Part shown: piece by piece, positions 48,495 to 57,925 of the stretch
Numbering within the stretch: the first letter of the stretch is position 1
Layout: the number at the start of each line of letters is the position of its first letter
Translations under genes and position numbers: made by a program
Assembly: GCA_963758635.1 (NCBI GenBank)
Contig: CAVWWD010000003.1
Span: 128,001 to 192,000, forward strand
Length of the DNA stretch: 64,000 nt
Direction: 5' to 3'
Origin: an uncultured Candidatus Rokubacteria bacterium
Lineage (GTDB): Bacteria; Methylomirabilota; Methylomirabilia; Rokubacteriales; CSP1-6
Notes under the pieces: model-generated
Seen by the model: the letters and a program-made list of their open reading frames with translations, nothing else
Told to the model about the DNA's origin: nothing
The model's database searches: none

Positions 48495-49595
48495 ATGACC
48501 AAGCACGAACTCCCGACGCCCGCGCTCCTCGTCGACCTCGATCGCTTCGAGCGGAACGTGCGCAAGATGGCCGACCACGTGAAGGCGGTCGGAAAGAAGA
48601 TCCGGCCGCACGCCAAGACCCACAAGTGCCCGGAAATCGCGCACCGTCAGATCGCGGCGGGCGCCGTGGGTGTCTGCGTCGCCAAGGTCGGCGAGGCGGA
48701 GGCGATGGCCGCCGCCGGCGTGCGGAACCTCCTGATCACGACCGAGGTGGTCGGGTCGGAGAAGATCGGCCGACTCCTGCGCGTGCTCGAGCGCAACCCC
48801 GAGACGCTGGTCGTGGTGGATCACCCCGACAACGTGCAGGACCTGGGCGCCGCCATGGCCCGGGCGGGCCTGGTGCTCAACGTGCTGGTCGACGTGGAGG
48901 TCGGAGGCCGCCGTACCGGCGTCGAGCCGGGCGAGCCCGCGCTCGACCTCGGCCGACACGTGGTGGGCCAGCGTCACCTGAACCTCCGCGGCCTTCAGGG
49001 CTACGCCGGGCACTGCGCGCACGTCGAGGGATGGGAGGCGCGGCGTCGGGCCTCGCACCGATGGATGGGCCGCCTGATGAAGACGCGTGCGCTCTTCGAG
49101 CGGAACGGCCTTCCCGTGGAGATCGTCACCGGAGGGTCGAGCGGCACATTCGACATCGACGTCGAGCTGGAGGGGCTGACCGAGCTCCAGAGCGGATCGT
49201 ACTGCGTGATGGACCTCGACTACCGCCGCATCGGCGGGAGGAACGGCCCGGCCTACGACCAGTTCGAGATGGCGCTGACCGTGCTCACCACGGTGGTGAG
49301 CCGGCCGAGCGCGGAGCTCGCCATCGTCGACGCCGGGTTCAAGTCGTTCTCGACGGACCGGCCGTTCGTTCCCGAGGCGGTCGAGGCTCCCGGGCTCGAG
49401 TACTCATGGGCCGGCGACGAGCACGGGCGGCTGACCATCAAGGACCCCGACCGGGCGCCGCGGCTCGGCGACCACATCGAGTTCTTCCCTCCGCACTGCG
49501 ATCCCACGATCAACCTCTACGACCGCATCTACGCGATGCGCGGGGACACGGTCGAGGCGGTGTGGGAGGTCGCGGGTCGGGGACGCTCGCAGTGA
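48495..49595 (+). CDS. DSD1/D-threonine-aldolase-family PLP enzyme (alternative start 48465)
   Basis: TPALLVD, RPHAKTHK, GYAGH, GGSSGT, DEHG, HCDPTINL. Confidence 0.87.
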   Translation: MTKHELPTPALLVDLDRFERNVRKMADHVKAVGKKIRPHAKTHKCPEIAHRQIAAGAVGVCVAKVGEAEAMAAAGVRNLLITTEVVGSEKIGRLLRVLERNPETLVVVDHPDNVQDLGAAMARAGLVLNVLVDVEVGGRRTGVEPGEPALDLGRHVVGQRHLNLRGLQGYAGHCAHVEGWEARRRASHRWMGRLMKTRALFERNGLPVEIVTGGSSGTFDIDVELEGLTELQSGSYCVMDLDYRRIGGRNGPAYDQFEMALTVLTTVVSRPSAELAIVDAGFKSFSTDRPFVPEAVEAPGLEYSWAGDEHGRLTIKDPDRAPRLGDHIEFFPPHCDPTINLYDRIYAMRGDTVEAVWEVAGRGRSQ

Positions 49596-49700
49596 CGGGG
49601 CGCTCGCGCCCGGCCGTCGCTCGCGCCTGGCCATAAGGAGCTCCGCGGGGAGGGCCCCCGCGGCGGAGCCGGCCGCCCGCGACGGGGCGTGTCTGTCGGG

Positions 49701-50762
49701 TCAGCTCCGAGCGTCGACCAGGGCATCCGCGTCGACGCCGTCCACTCGGCCGCTGATCTCTTCCACTCGGCCGCCGACTTCGCCCACCGAGGTGCCGAGC
49801 TCCCAGTAGGTCTGGAACACCTCCCACACCTCGTCGGCGCTTCGCGCCTGGAAGATCGTCGCCCGGCAGTCCGTGGCCCGCTCGAGCCCCTCCGTGTACC
49901 AGGCCAGGTGCTTCTTCATCTGGATCAGCGAGTACTTCTCGGAGAAGTGGCCCCGGATGAGCTCGCAGTGCCGGGCGATGACCCGCGCCCGGTACTCACG
50001 GCGCGCCGGCCCGGGGAGGGCCTCGAAGCCCTCGTCGAACACCCAGGGCCGCCCGAGGGCGCCGCGGCCGATCATCACGGACCGGCAGCCCGTCTCCGCC
50101 ACCATGCGCCGGGCATCGGCCATCGACCGCACGTCGCCGTTGCCGGTCACGGGGACGCGGACGGCGGCCACGACGTCGCCGATCACGTCCCACGGCGCGC
50201 GCCCGGAGTGCCGCTGGGCGCGCGTGCGCGGGTGCACGGTGATCGCGTCCACGCCCTCGCTCTCGGCCATGCGGGCGACCTCGACGGCGTTGACGTGCTC
50301 GTCGTCCCAGCCGCTCCGGATCTTCACGGTGAGCGGCACGGAGATCGCCGCGCGCATGGCGCGCAGGATGCGAGCCGTCGCGGGCACGTCGCGCATCAGC
50401 GCCGCGCCCTTCCCCTTGCCCGTGATCTTCGGCATCGGGCAGCCCATGTTCAGGTCGACGATGTCGGCCCCGAGCCGCTCGAGCTTCGCCGCCGCCCGCA
50501 CCAGGATGTCCGGGTCCTTGCCGAGGAGCTGCATCGCCAGCGGCCGCTCCTCGGGATAGTAGGCGGCGATGGCGTCGGCGTGGGGCGTGTTCATGAGCAG
50601 CGCGGCGGCGTCCATCTCCTCGGTGGTGGTGAGCCCGCTGCCGCACTCCCGCGCCACCAGGCGGAAGGGCGCGTTCGTCGCGCCCGCCATCGGGGCCAGG
50701 CGCGCCAGCGTCGGGATGTCGACGGAGCCGATCCGCATGGATTCGCTCGGGAGCGGGGTCAC
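49701..50762 (-). CDS. tRNA-dihydrouridine synthase (DusB-like)
   Basis: LAPMAG, DLNMGCP, TVKIRSG, HPRT, GNGDV, MIGRG. Confidence 0.88.
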   Translation of the reverse strand: MTPLPSESMRIGSVDIPTLARLAPMAGATNAPFRLVARECGSGLTTTEEMDAAALLMNTPHADAIAAYYPEERPLAMQLLGKDPDILVRAAAKLERLGADIVDLNMGCPMPKITGKGKGAALMRDVPATARILRAMRAAISVPLTVKIRSGWDDEHVNAVEVARMAESEGVDAITVHPRTRAQRHSGRAPWDVIGDVVAAVRVPVTGNGDVRSMADARRMVAETGCRSVMIGRGALGRPWVFDEGFEALPGPARREYRARVIARHCELIRGHFSEKYSLIQMKKHLAWYTEGLERATDCRATIFQARSADEVWEVFQTYWELGTSVGEVGGRVEEISGRVDGVDADALVDARS

Positions 50763-50822
50763 GCGCGCGGCCGGACCGGTGGGCCGGGCCGCGCGCGCGG
50801 CGTCAGAGGCGCCCGCCCGTCC

Positions 50823-52361
50823 TCATCGGAGGACGACCTTCGCCTCGTACATCCACACCTTCTCGTCCGCGCGGGGCGTCCACTCGATCCAGCTCGCCAC
50901 CCCGTACAGGTCGTGCTGCTGCCAGAGGAACACCCAGGGCGCCTCGGCGTGGACCAGCCGCTGCAGCTCGGCCCACGCATCGAGCCGCTTCTTGGCGTCC
51001 ACGATCGTCACCGCCTGCGCGATCTTGTCCTCGATGGCCTTGTTGCCGCCGTACGAGGAATACGTGGGCTTGGCCTGGAAGAGCTGCTCGATGGTGCCCT
51101 GGGCCTCGAGCGCCGGCCCCCAGCCCAGGAAGAACATGTCGCCGGTGGTCCGGTTCTTGATCTTGTCCAGGTGCGTGCCCCACTCGTTCACCACCACGTT
51201 GACCTTGATGCCCAGCCGCTGGAGCTGCGCGGCGATGGCGAGCGACACGTCCTTGTCGAGCGGGTAGCGCCCGGACGGCGAGTCGAGCGTCAGCTGGAGC
51301 TTGGTGGGATCGACGCCCGCTTCCTTGAAGAGCGCCGTGGCCCGCGCGGGATCGTGCTTGTAGCACTCGATGCCGGCGACGTAGTCGACGTTGAGCGGCG
51401 ACAGCGACCCGCACATCTTGCTCGCCCGGCCCTTCAGCACCTGCTGGATCAGCTCGTCCACGTTGACCGCGTGATTGATCGCCTTCCGCACCCGGAGGTC
51501 CTGCATGGGGCCGGGCTTGAGGTTGACGAGGGCCAGGTAGTTGATGCGTGACGACACCGTGGAGCGGAGCCGCGCCTTGCCGCTCTTGTCCACCATCTCC
51601 ACCGCGTGCGGCGGCACGTCCTTCATGATGTCGATCTCACCGGCGAGGAGCGCGGCGAGGCGGGCGCTGAACTCCGGGATGTAGCGGAACGTGACGCGGT
51701 TCAGGTCGGCGGCGCCCTTCCAGTAATCGGGGTTCTTCTCGAGCACGAGCCGCTCGTCGCGCGCCCACTGCACGAACTTGAACGGACCGGTGCCCGTGGG
51801 CTTCGTCACCAGCGCCTGCACGCCCTGCTCCTTCAGCATCTTCGGGGGCATGGGCAGGAAGTCGGTGGCGGCCATGCGATCGATAAGGCCGGGCCAGGGC
51901 TTCTCGGTGACGAAGCGCACCGTGTAGTCGTTGACGACCAGGACCTCCTTCACCTGCGCCCAGCGCGGCTGGTAGTGCGTCTTGTTCGCGGGATCGTTGA
52001 TGTAGTCCATCGTGGCCTTCACCGAGGCCGCGTTGAACGGCTCGCCGTTGTGGAACTTCACGCCCTGCCGCAGCGTGAACTCCCACGTGGTGTCGTTCAC
52101 CACCTTCCAGCCGGTGGCGAGCATGGGCGCCGGCTTGTAGCTCTTGGGATCGCGATCGACCAGACGGTCGTAGATGTGCTCGAGCTGGTTGTTGGTCGTC
52201 CAGTCCACGATCGTGTTGGGCAGGATCGACCGCGGCTCGGCCGCGAACGCCACGATCACTTCCTTGGCCCGCGAGCGATCCTGGGCCACGGCGGGGCCCA
52301 GCGGCTGAAGCGCCAGGGCCAGGGTCAGCAGGGCCAGCGCCAGGTGTCGGATCACGGGCAT
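50823..52361 (-). CDS. Peptide/nickel ABC substrate-binding protein (family 5)
   Basis: Signal peptide, TWEFTLRQGVKFHNG, GTGPFK, RVRKAIN; SD GAGGAGGAG. Confidence 0.9.
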   Translation of the reverse strand: MPVIRHLALALLTLALALQPLGPAVAQDRSRAKEVIVAFAAEPRSILPNTIVDWTTNNQLEHIYDRLVDRDPKSYKPAPMLATGWKVVNDTTWEFTLRQGVKFHNGEPFNAASVKATMDYINDPANKTHYQPRWAQVKEVLVVNDYTVRFVTEKPWPGLIDRMAATDFLPMPPKMLKEQGVQALVTKPTGTGPFKFVQWARDERLVLEKNPDYWKGAADLNRVTFRYIPEFSARLAALLAGEIDIMKDVPPHAVEMVDKSGKARLRSTVSSRINYLALVNLKPGPMQDLRVRKAINHAVNVDELIQQVLKGRASKMCGSLSPLNVDYVAGIECYKHDPARATALFKEAGVDPTKLQLTLDSPSGRYPLDKDVSLAIAAQLQRLGIKVNVVVNEWGTHLDKIKNRTTGDMFFLGWGPALEAQGTIEQLFQAKPTYSSYGGNKAIEDKIAQAVTIVDAKKRLDAWAELQRLVHAEAPWVFLWQQHDLYGVASWIEWTPRADEKVWMYEAKVVLR

Positions 52362-52500
52362 GGATCGCTCCTCCTCGTGGGGTCGGAATCGCGGCCGGAC
52401 GTTCTCGGACGAGTGAGCAGGATACACGAGGGCGCCGCGCCTGACAAATTGGCGCCGGGACTGCGTCTTTTGCCGAATGGCCAGGGCGGTGAGACGGCGG

Positions 52501-53328
52501 TCAGACGCGGAACTTCGGGTCGAGGACGTCGCGGAGCCAGTCGCCGAGCAGGTTGACGCCGAGCGCGGTGAGCGCCAGCGCGGCCCCGGGGAAGGCGGCC
52601 AGCCACCACGCCACGTAGAGGAAGTCGCGGCTCTCCGACAACATGCTGCCCCACGCCGGAGTCGGCGGCTGCACCCCGAAGCCCAGGAACGAGATGGCCG
52701 CCTCCGCCACCACGAACTGCGAGAACTGGAGGCTCGCCAGGATGATCACCGACGGAGCCACGTTGGGCAGGACGTGACGGAACAGGAGCCGCCCGCGGCC
52801 CACCCCCAGCGCCTGCGCGGCCTGGACGAACTCGCGCTGCCGCACCGACAGGACCTGCCCGCGCACGACCCGCGCGTAGACGACCCAGCCCGCCGCGGAC
52901 AGGCTGATGATGATGTTGCGGAGCCCGAGCCCCACGATGGCGTTGATGGTGAGCGCGAGGAGGATGAACGGGAAGGACAGCTGCACGTCGGCCACGCGCA
53001 TGAGCACGCTGCCCGGCCATCCGCCGAAGAAGCCGGCGAAGAGCCCGACCAGGCCGCCCACCACCGCGGTCACGATCACCGTGCAGAACCCGATGAAGAG
53101 CGCGATCCGCGCGCCGTAGAGCACGCGCGACAGGAGGTCGCGGCCGAGCTGGTCCGTCCCGAGCGGGTGCCCGGGCGTGCCGGGGGGCTTCAGGCTCGCC
53201 GCGAAGTCGCTGGCCACGGGATCGTGCGGCGCGAGGACGGGGGCGGCGATCGCCGCGGCCAGCGCCGCGACGGCGAGGACGAGGCCGAGGACCCCGAGCG
53301 GGTGGCGCCGAAGCGCGCCCGGCCTCAC
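52501..53328 (-). CDS. Peptide ABC permease (DppC/OppC-like)
   Basis: HPLGTDQLGRD, EAA-like loop, SFLGFG..PAWGSML. Confidence 0.9.
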   Translation of the reverse strand: MRPGALRRHPLGVLGLVLAVAALAAAIAAPVLAPHDPVASDFAASLKPPGTPGHPLGTDQLGRDLLSRVLYGARIALFIGFCTVIVTAVVGGLVGLFAGFFGGWPGSVLMRVADVQLSFPFILLALTINAIVGLGLRNIIISLSAAGWVVYARVVRGQVLSVRQREFVQAAQALGVGRGRLLFRHVLPNVAPSVIILASLQFSQFVVAEAAISFLGFGVQPPTPAWGSMLSESRDFLYVAWWLAAFPGAALALTALGVNLLGDWLRDVLDPKFRV

Positions 53329-54251
53329 GCCCCCGCCTCCCGCCGCGTCCGCGGATCGAGCCAGCCGTAGAGAAGATCCACGAGGAGGTTGATCAGCGTG
53401 TAGGTGAGGGAGATGACGAACACCGCGGCGAGCACCACCGGGAAGTCGCGGTTCAGGAGGGCCTGGACGGTCAGCCTCCCCAGCCCCGGCCAGGCGAAGA
53501 TCGTCTCGGTGATGACGGCGCCGCCCAGGAGCTGCCCGGTCTCGAGCCCGGCCAGCGTCACGATGGGAATGGCCGAGTTCTTCAGCGTGTGCTTGGCGAT
53601 CACCACCCGCTCGGCGAGTCCCTTGGCGCGGGCGGTGAGGATGTAGTCCTCGCCCATCGTCTCGAGCACCGACGAGCGGGTCAGCCGCGCCATGCGCGCG
53701 GCGAAGAACGCGGCGAGCACGATGGACGGCATCACGTAGTGCGCCACCCCGCCCGTCCCGCCGGTGGGAAGCCACCCGAGCCGCACCGAGAACACGTAGA
53801 TGAGCATGAGCCCCAGCCAGAAGCCCGGCACGGCCTGCCCGAGCACGGCTCCGCCCATCCCCAGGGAATCGAGCACCGACCCGCGGCGCGTCGCCGACAT
53901 CACGCCCACGGGAATGGCGACGCAGAAGGTCAGCGCGAGCGCGGTGCCCGCCAGCGCGAGAGTCGCGGGCAGGCGCTGGAGGACGAGGCCCAGCGCGTCC
54001 TGCTTGTAGCGGAGCGACTGGCCGAAGTCGCCGCGGGCGGCCGCGGCCACGAAGCGGCCGTACTGCACGGGGAGGGGATCGTTGAAGCCGAGGCGTTGGC
54101 GGAACTCGTTCAGGTCCTTGGTCTGGATGTCCATCGGCAGGAAGAGCAACACGGGATCGCCGCCGAGACGCACGAGGAAGAACACGGCGGTGAGCGAGAG
54201 GAAGACCACCAGCACGGTCTGGGCGATTCGGGAGACGAGGTACGCGCGCAC
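53325..54251 (-). CDS. Peptide ABC permease (DppB/OppB-like)
   Basis: GDFGQS, RLPAT, TARAKGL, TETIFAWPGLG. Confidence 0.9.
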   Translation of the reverse strand: MRAYLVSRIAQTVLVVFLSLTAVFFLVRLGGDPVLLFLPMDIQTKDLNEFRQRLGFNDPLPVQYGRFVAAAARGDFGQSLRYKQDALGLVLQRLPATLALAGTALALTFCVAIPVGVMSATRRGSVLDSLGMGGAVLGQAVPGFWLGLMLIYVFSVRLGWLPTGGTGGVAHYVMPSIVLAAFFAARMARLTRSSVLETMGEDYILTARAKGLAERVVIAKHTLKNSAIPIVTLAGLETGQLLGGAVITETIFAWPGLGRLTVQALLNRDFPVVLAAVFVISLTYTLINLLVDLLYGWLDPRTRREAGA

Positions 54252-54267
54252 CGGACGAGTCTACCCG

Positions 54268-54337
54268 AGGTGCGGGCACCCGGGCTTCGCCCGCCCGATC
54301 ACCAGGTGCGGGCACCCGGGCTTCGCCCGCCCGCACC
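54268..54337. repeat. REP-like palindromic unit x 2 (36-bp period)
   Basis: AGGTGCGGGCACCCGGGCTTCGCCCGCCCG at 54268 and 54304; core CGGGC-TTC-GCCCG. Confidence 0.85.
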
Positions 54338-54385
54338 GTGCGCCAATGGCGAGGGCGGGAGGTCGGAGGCGGGGGTTGGTCCCGG

Positions 54386-54919
54386 TCAGCCCACGAGCTT
54401 GTAGTAGATCGCCGTCGCGTGGAGGCTGCCGTCCGCGCTCTGCGCGTAGCGCGGCACGGCGCCCACGAAGGTCCAGCCGAGCTGGCGATAGAGCGACTCC
54501 GACGGGTCGCCCTGGCGCGTGTCGAGGACGAGGGTGCTCAGCCCGCGCTGCCGGGCTTCCGCCTCCACCGCCTGCATGAGGGCCCGGCCGATGCCGTGCC
54601 GCCGCGCCGCGCGGTGCACCATGAGGCGGATGACCTCGGCGCGATGGCGGCCGTTGGCCCGGGTCGCGAGGTCGAGCTGCACCGAGCCCACGAGCAGGTC
54701 GCCGGCGCCCCACGACCCCAGGAGGACGCGCGATCCGTCGTCGAGGGCGCCGCGCACCGTGTCCCAGTAGGCGCCGGCCTCGTCGGCCCCGAGCGGGGGG
54801 AGGAAGCCGATGGAGGCGCCGCTGTCGACGGCGTCGCACAGGAGCGCGGCCAGCTCGCCGCGATGGCGCGCCACGCCGCCGGCGTCGAGCCCCTTGATCC
54901 TGACCGCGGCCGGCGTCAG
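54386..54919 (-). CDS. GNAT acetyltransferase (Ttr-like); start CTG 54919 or GTG 54874
   Basis: GASIGFLPPL, NGRHRAEV, RRHGIG, LVLDT, LYRQLGW. Confidence 0.82.
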   Translation of the reverse strand: MTPAAVRIKGLDAGGVARHRGELAALLCDAVDSGASIGFLPPLGADEAGAYWDTVRGALDDGSRVLLGSWGAGDLLVGSVQLDLATRANGRHRAEVIRLMVHRAARRHGIGRALMQAVEAEARQRGLSTLVLDTRQGDPSESLYRQLGWTFVGAVPRYAQSADGSLHATAIYYKLVG

Positions 54920-55419
54920 GGCCGGAACTCCTGGTCGAGGATCTCGGTGATGAACCGGTCGATCGACACCGGATAGAAGCGCACGTCGGGGGCGAGGATC
55001 ACGCCGGTGTCGATGAGCTCCCGCTGCGCGAGCTCGTCGAGGGCGCGCTCCACCTGGGCCTGCGGGTCGCGGTCCCACCGCTGGATCCGGAGGTCCTCGC
55101 TCTCGAGCGTCACCTGGTGGCGCGGTGAGTAGGCGAACGTGAAGAGGCGGGCGACCAGGGTCTGGTCCATCAGGTCGGGGTCCTTGAAGAGGTCTCCGTA
55201 CGTCTGGGTCGCTCGGCCCGGCGCCAGGACCAGCCGTGGCGACACCTTGATGCGGCCCCGGATCTCCACCGAGCTGCCCGGCCGCGACTCCTGCGGCCCC
55301 ACCAGGATGTACGGCAGCATGTGATACCCGGCGATGATCCCGGTCATCGGCTTGCGCAGGATCTCGGTGGTGTCGAAGAGATGCTTGAGCAACTCGGGGT
55401 CGTGCGGCTCGTCGAACAC
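54916..55419 (-). CDS. Hypothetical protein
   Basis: GC3-biased frame packed between neighbours in the operon. Confidence 0.6.
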   Translation of the reverse strand: MFDEPHDPELLKHLFDTTEILRKPMTGIIAGYHMLPYILVGPQESRPGSSVEIRGRIKVSPRLVLAPGRATQTYGDLFKDPDLMDQTLVARLFTFAYSPRHQVTLESEDLRIQRWDRDPQAQVERALDELAQRELIDTGVILAPDVRFYPVSIDRFITEILDQEFRP

Positions 55420-55424
55420 CGTGG

Positions 55425-55982
55425 CTATCCCCCGTACACCGACACTTCCATGCAGTCGAAGCCCAGGTCGTGCTCCCGGCTGTCGTAGCGGCCCGAGCCG
55501 CGGACGTGCGCGAGATACGGGCGCACCTCGCGCCGGAACACGCCGGTGTTGTCCGCGACCACGAGAGCGCCGCGGGTCAGCCGCGGCTCCACCGCGCGCA
55601 GGTAGTCGAGGTAGTCGTCCTTCTTCGCATCGAGCAGCAGCAGGTCCACCGGGCCACGCAGGAGCGGCAGGGCGCGCAGCGCGTCGCCCGTGACCACCCG
55701 CACGCGGCCTTTGAGCCCCGCGCGCGCGACGTTGGCCTCCACGAGCTGGGCGAGGAAGCCGTTCTCCTCGATGCACAGGAGCCGCGCGCCCCGCGGCATC
55801 GCGCCGGCCAGCAGGATCGCCGAGTACCCGAAGAGGCTGCCCACCTCGATGCCGTGGGACGGCGCGTGCTTGTCGATAAGCCGGCGCAGGATGCGTCCCT
55901 TCTCCTTGCCGATCACCGGGATGCTCCACAGCGCGACAGCGCGGTCCATCGCGCGCAGCATCCGCGCGGCGGCTGCCGTCAT
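55425..55982 (-). CDS. Class I SAM-dependent O-methyltransferase
   Basis: EVGSLFGYSA, GDAL, LLDAKKDDY, VADN. Confidence 0.85.
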   Translation of the reverse strand: MTAAAARMLRAMDRAVALWSIPVIGKEKGRILRRLIDKHAPSHGIEVGSLFGYSAILLAGAMPRGARLLCIEENGFLAQLVEANVARAGLKGRVRVVTGDALRALPLLRGPVDLLLLDAKKDDYLDYLRAVEPRLTRGALVVADNTGVFRREVRPYLAHVRGSGRYDSREHDLGFDCMEVSVYGG

Positions 55983-56929
55983 CGTGCGGGCAGCTTGGCG
56001 AGCACCCCGTCGGGCACCGGGTACTTCCGGTTCCACGGGCCCGCCTTCGCGATCTGACCGGGCAGCGTCCGGCCGATGATCTCCTGCACGCGCCGGGAGG
56101 TCGCGACGAGCGCGTCCAGGTCCACGCCGGTCTCCACGCCCATGGCGTGCAGGCAGTGCACGAGGTCCTCGGTGCAGACGTTGCCCGAGGCCCCCGGCGC
56201 GTACGGGCAGCCGCCGAGGCCGCCGATCGACGAGTCGATGTGGGTCACGCCCATCTCCATCGCCGCGATGATGTTCGGGATGGCCATCGCGCGCGTGTCG
56301 TGCGTGTGCAGCGTCCACTCGACCCCCGGGAAGCGGGGCACGAGGCGCTCGAGGACCCGCTGGACCTGCACGGGGTTCGCCATGCCGGTCGTGTCGGCGA
56401 GCCCGATGCCGCGGGCGCCCATGTCCACCAGCGCCCCGACCACCCGCTCCAGCTGGGCCAGGGGCACCTCGGTCTCGAACGGGCAGCCGAACGTGCACGA
56501 GATGCCGGAGTAGACCGGCTTGCCGGCGCGCCGCGCCACCTCCATCACCGCACGGAGCTTCGTGAGCGACTCGTCCACGGTCATGTTCACGTTGGCCAGG
56601 TTGTGGCTCTCGCTCGCCGACAGCACGGTGTGGATCACGTCCACGCCCGCGTCCACCGCGCGCACCGCGCCCTTGTCGTTGGGGACGAGGGCGGCGTAGA
56701 CGGTGCCCGGCCGGCGCTTGATCTGCGCCATCACCGCCTCGGCGTCCTTCAGGGCAGGAATGGCCTTGGGCGAGACGAACGAGGTGACCTCGATCTTGGG
56801 CACGCCCGTCGCGGAGAGGCGATCCACGACCTCGACCTTGACCTCGGTGGGGATCCAGTCCGGCTCGATCTGGAACCCGTCTCGCGTTCCCACCTCGCAG
56901 ATGTCCACGCGCTTCGGCAGCTTCATCAT
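55979..56929 (-). CDS. HMG-CoA lyase-like (DRE-TIM) enzyme
   Basis: EVGTRDGFQ, HTHDTR, GLGGCPYAPGASGN. Confidence 0.88.
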   Translation of the reverse strand: MMKLPKRVDICEVGTRDGFQIEPDWIPTEVKVEVVDRLSATGVPKIEVTSFVSPKAIPALKDAEAVMAQIKRRPGTVYAALVPNDKGAVRAVDAGVDVIHTVLSASESHNLANVNMTVDESLTKLRAVMEVARRAGKPVYSGISCTFGCPFETEVPLAQLERVVGALVDMGARGIGLADTTGMANPVQVQRVLERLVPRFPGVEWTLHTHDTRAMAIPNIIAAMEMGVTHIDSSIGGLGGCPYAPGASGNVCTEDLVHCLHAMGVETGVDLDALVATSRRVQEIIGRTLPGQIAKAGPWNRKYPVPDGVLAKLPAR

Positions 56930-57885
56930 CGCTCTCCTGTCGCGTCCGGGGCCTCGAACGTGAAAGTGCTGCCCACCGAGCTCACGACGACCTCGGCGGG
57001 GAAGTGACGGTGGAGCGCGACCATGGCCTCCATCCCCGTGCAGTGCTGGGGAACGATGTGCTCGACCTGGAGGGCGCGGAACTCGTCCACCACCTGCTCG
57101 ATGCGCTCGCCCGCGAGCCCCGAGAGGTGGAACCCTCCGATCACCGCGTGCACGCGCGGCACCCCGGTGACCCGCGTGGCGTGCCGGCAGATGCCCACGA
57201 TGCCCCGGTGCGAGCACGACGTGACGACGACCAGCCCGCGGTCCCGCACGTTCACGAACATGCTCTGCTCGCCGATGAACGTGTCCTGGATCACCGCGCC
57301 GTCCCGCTCCACGCGGAGCGACGGCGGGATCACCTCGAACGGCATCGTCTCCGGCATCTCGCCGCTCAGCATGACCGCGTCGGCGACGACGGTGGGCGAC
57401 TGGACCACGCGGATGTCGAGGCCCTGGCGGCCGAGGTCCTCGCGGTCGAGCCGCCCGATGTAGACGCGGTCGCCGTGGCGCTCGTTGTAGCGCGGCAGGA
57501 AGTGGTCCTGGCCCGCGTAGAGCGGCACCGCGGGGGCGAGGGCGGGCCGGCAGGCGCGGAGGAAGCCGGGGAGCCCGCCCCAGTGGTCCTGGTGCCCGTG
57601 CGACAGCACGAGGGCATCCAGGCCGGCGGGATCGAGGCCGAGCTCGCGCAGGTTGTGGACGTAGGAGGCGTCGGTCAGCCCCCAGTCGAAGGAGAGGCGA
57701 CGGGTCTCGCGGCCGCGGGTCACCTCCACCCAGTGGGCCAGCCCGTGCTCGGCGCGCAGCGTGGGCATCTTCCGGGCGCGCGCGTGGGTGAAGCGGCGCG
57801 CCACCTTCTCGTCGGCGCGCAGGCTGTCGATGGAGTTGTCGACCACCGTGGTGATGCTGACGCGGTCGACCTCGGGGATGGGCAT
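56926..57885 (-). CDS. MBL-fold metallohydrolase
   Basis: AEHG, LSHGHQDHWGG, SCSH, GGFHL, HCTG. Confidence 0.85.
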   Translation of the reverse strand: MPIPEVDRVSITTVVDNSIDSLRADEKVARRFTHARARKMPTLRAEHGLAHWVEVTRGRETRRLSFDWGLTDASYVHNLRELGLDPAGLDALVLSHGHQDHWGGLPGFLRACRPALAPAVPLYAGQDHFLPRYNERHGDRVYIGRLDREDLGRQGLDIRVVQSPTVVADAVMLSGEMPETMPFEVIPPSLRVERDGAVIQDTFIGEQSMFVNVRDRGLVVVTSCSHRGIVGICRHATRVTGVPRVHAVIGGFHLSGLAGERIEQVVDEFRALQVEHIVPQHCTGMEAMVALHRHFPAEVVVSSVGSTFTFEAPDATGER

Positions 57886-57925
57886 CGTGGGCCTCAGGCT
57901 ATCACGGGGACGGGCGCCGCCCGCC

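Noticed and set aside
49741..49790. 21-bp repeat TCCACTCGGCCGC(T/C)GA at the dus 3' end
   Set aside because: Two short in-frame copies in a variable tail; too weak to interpret.
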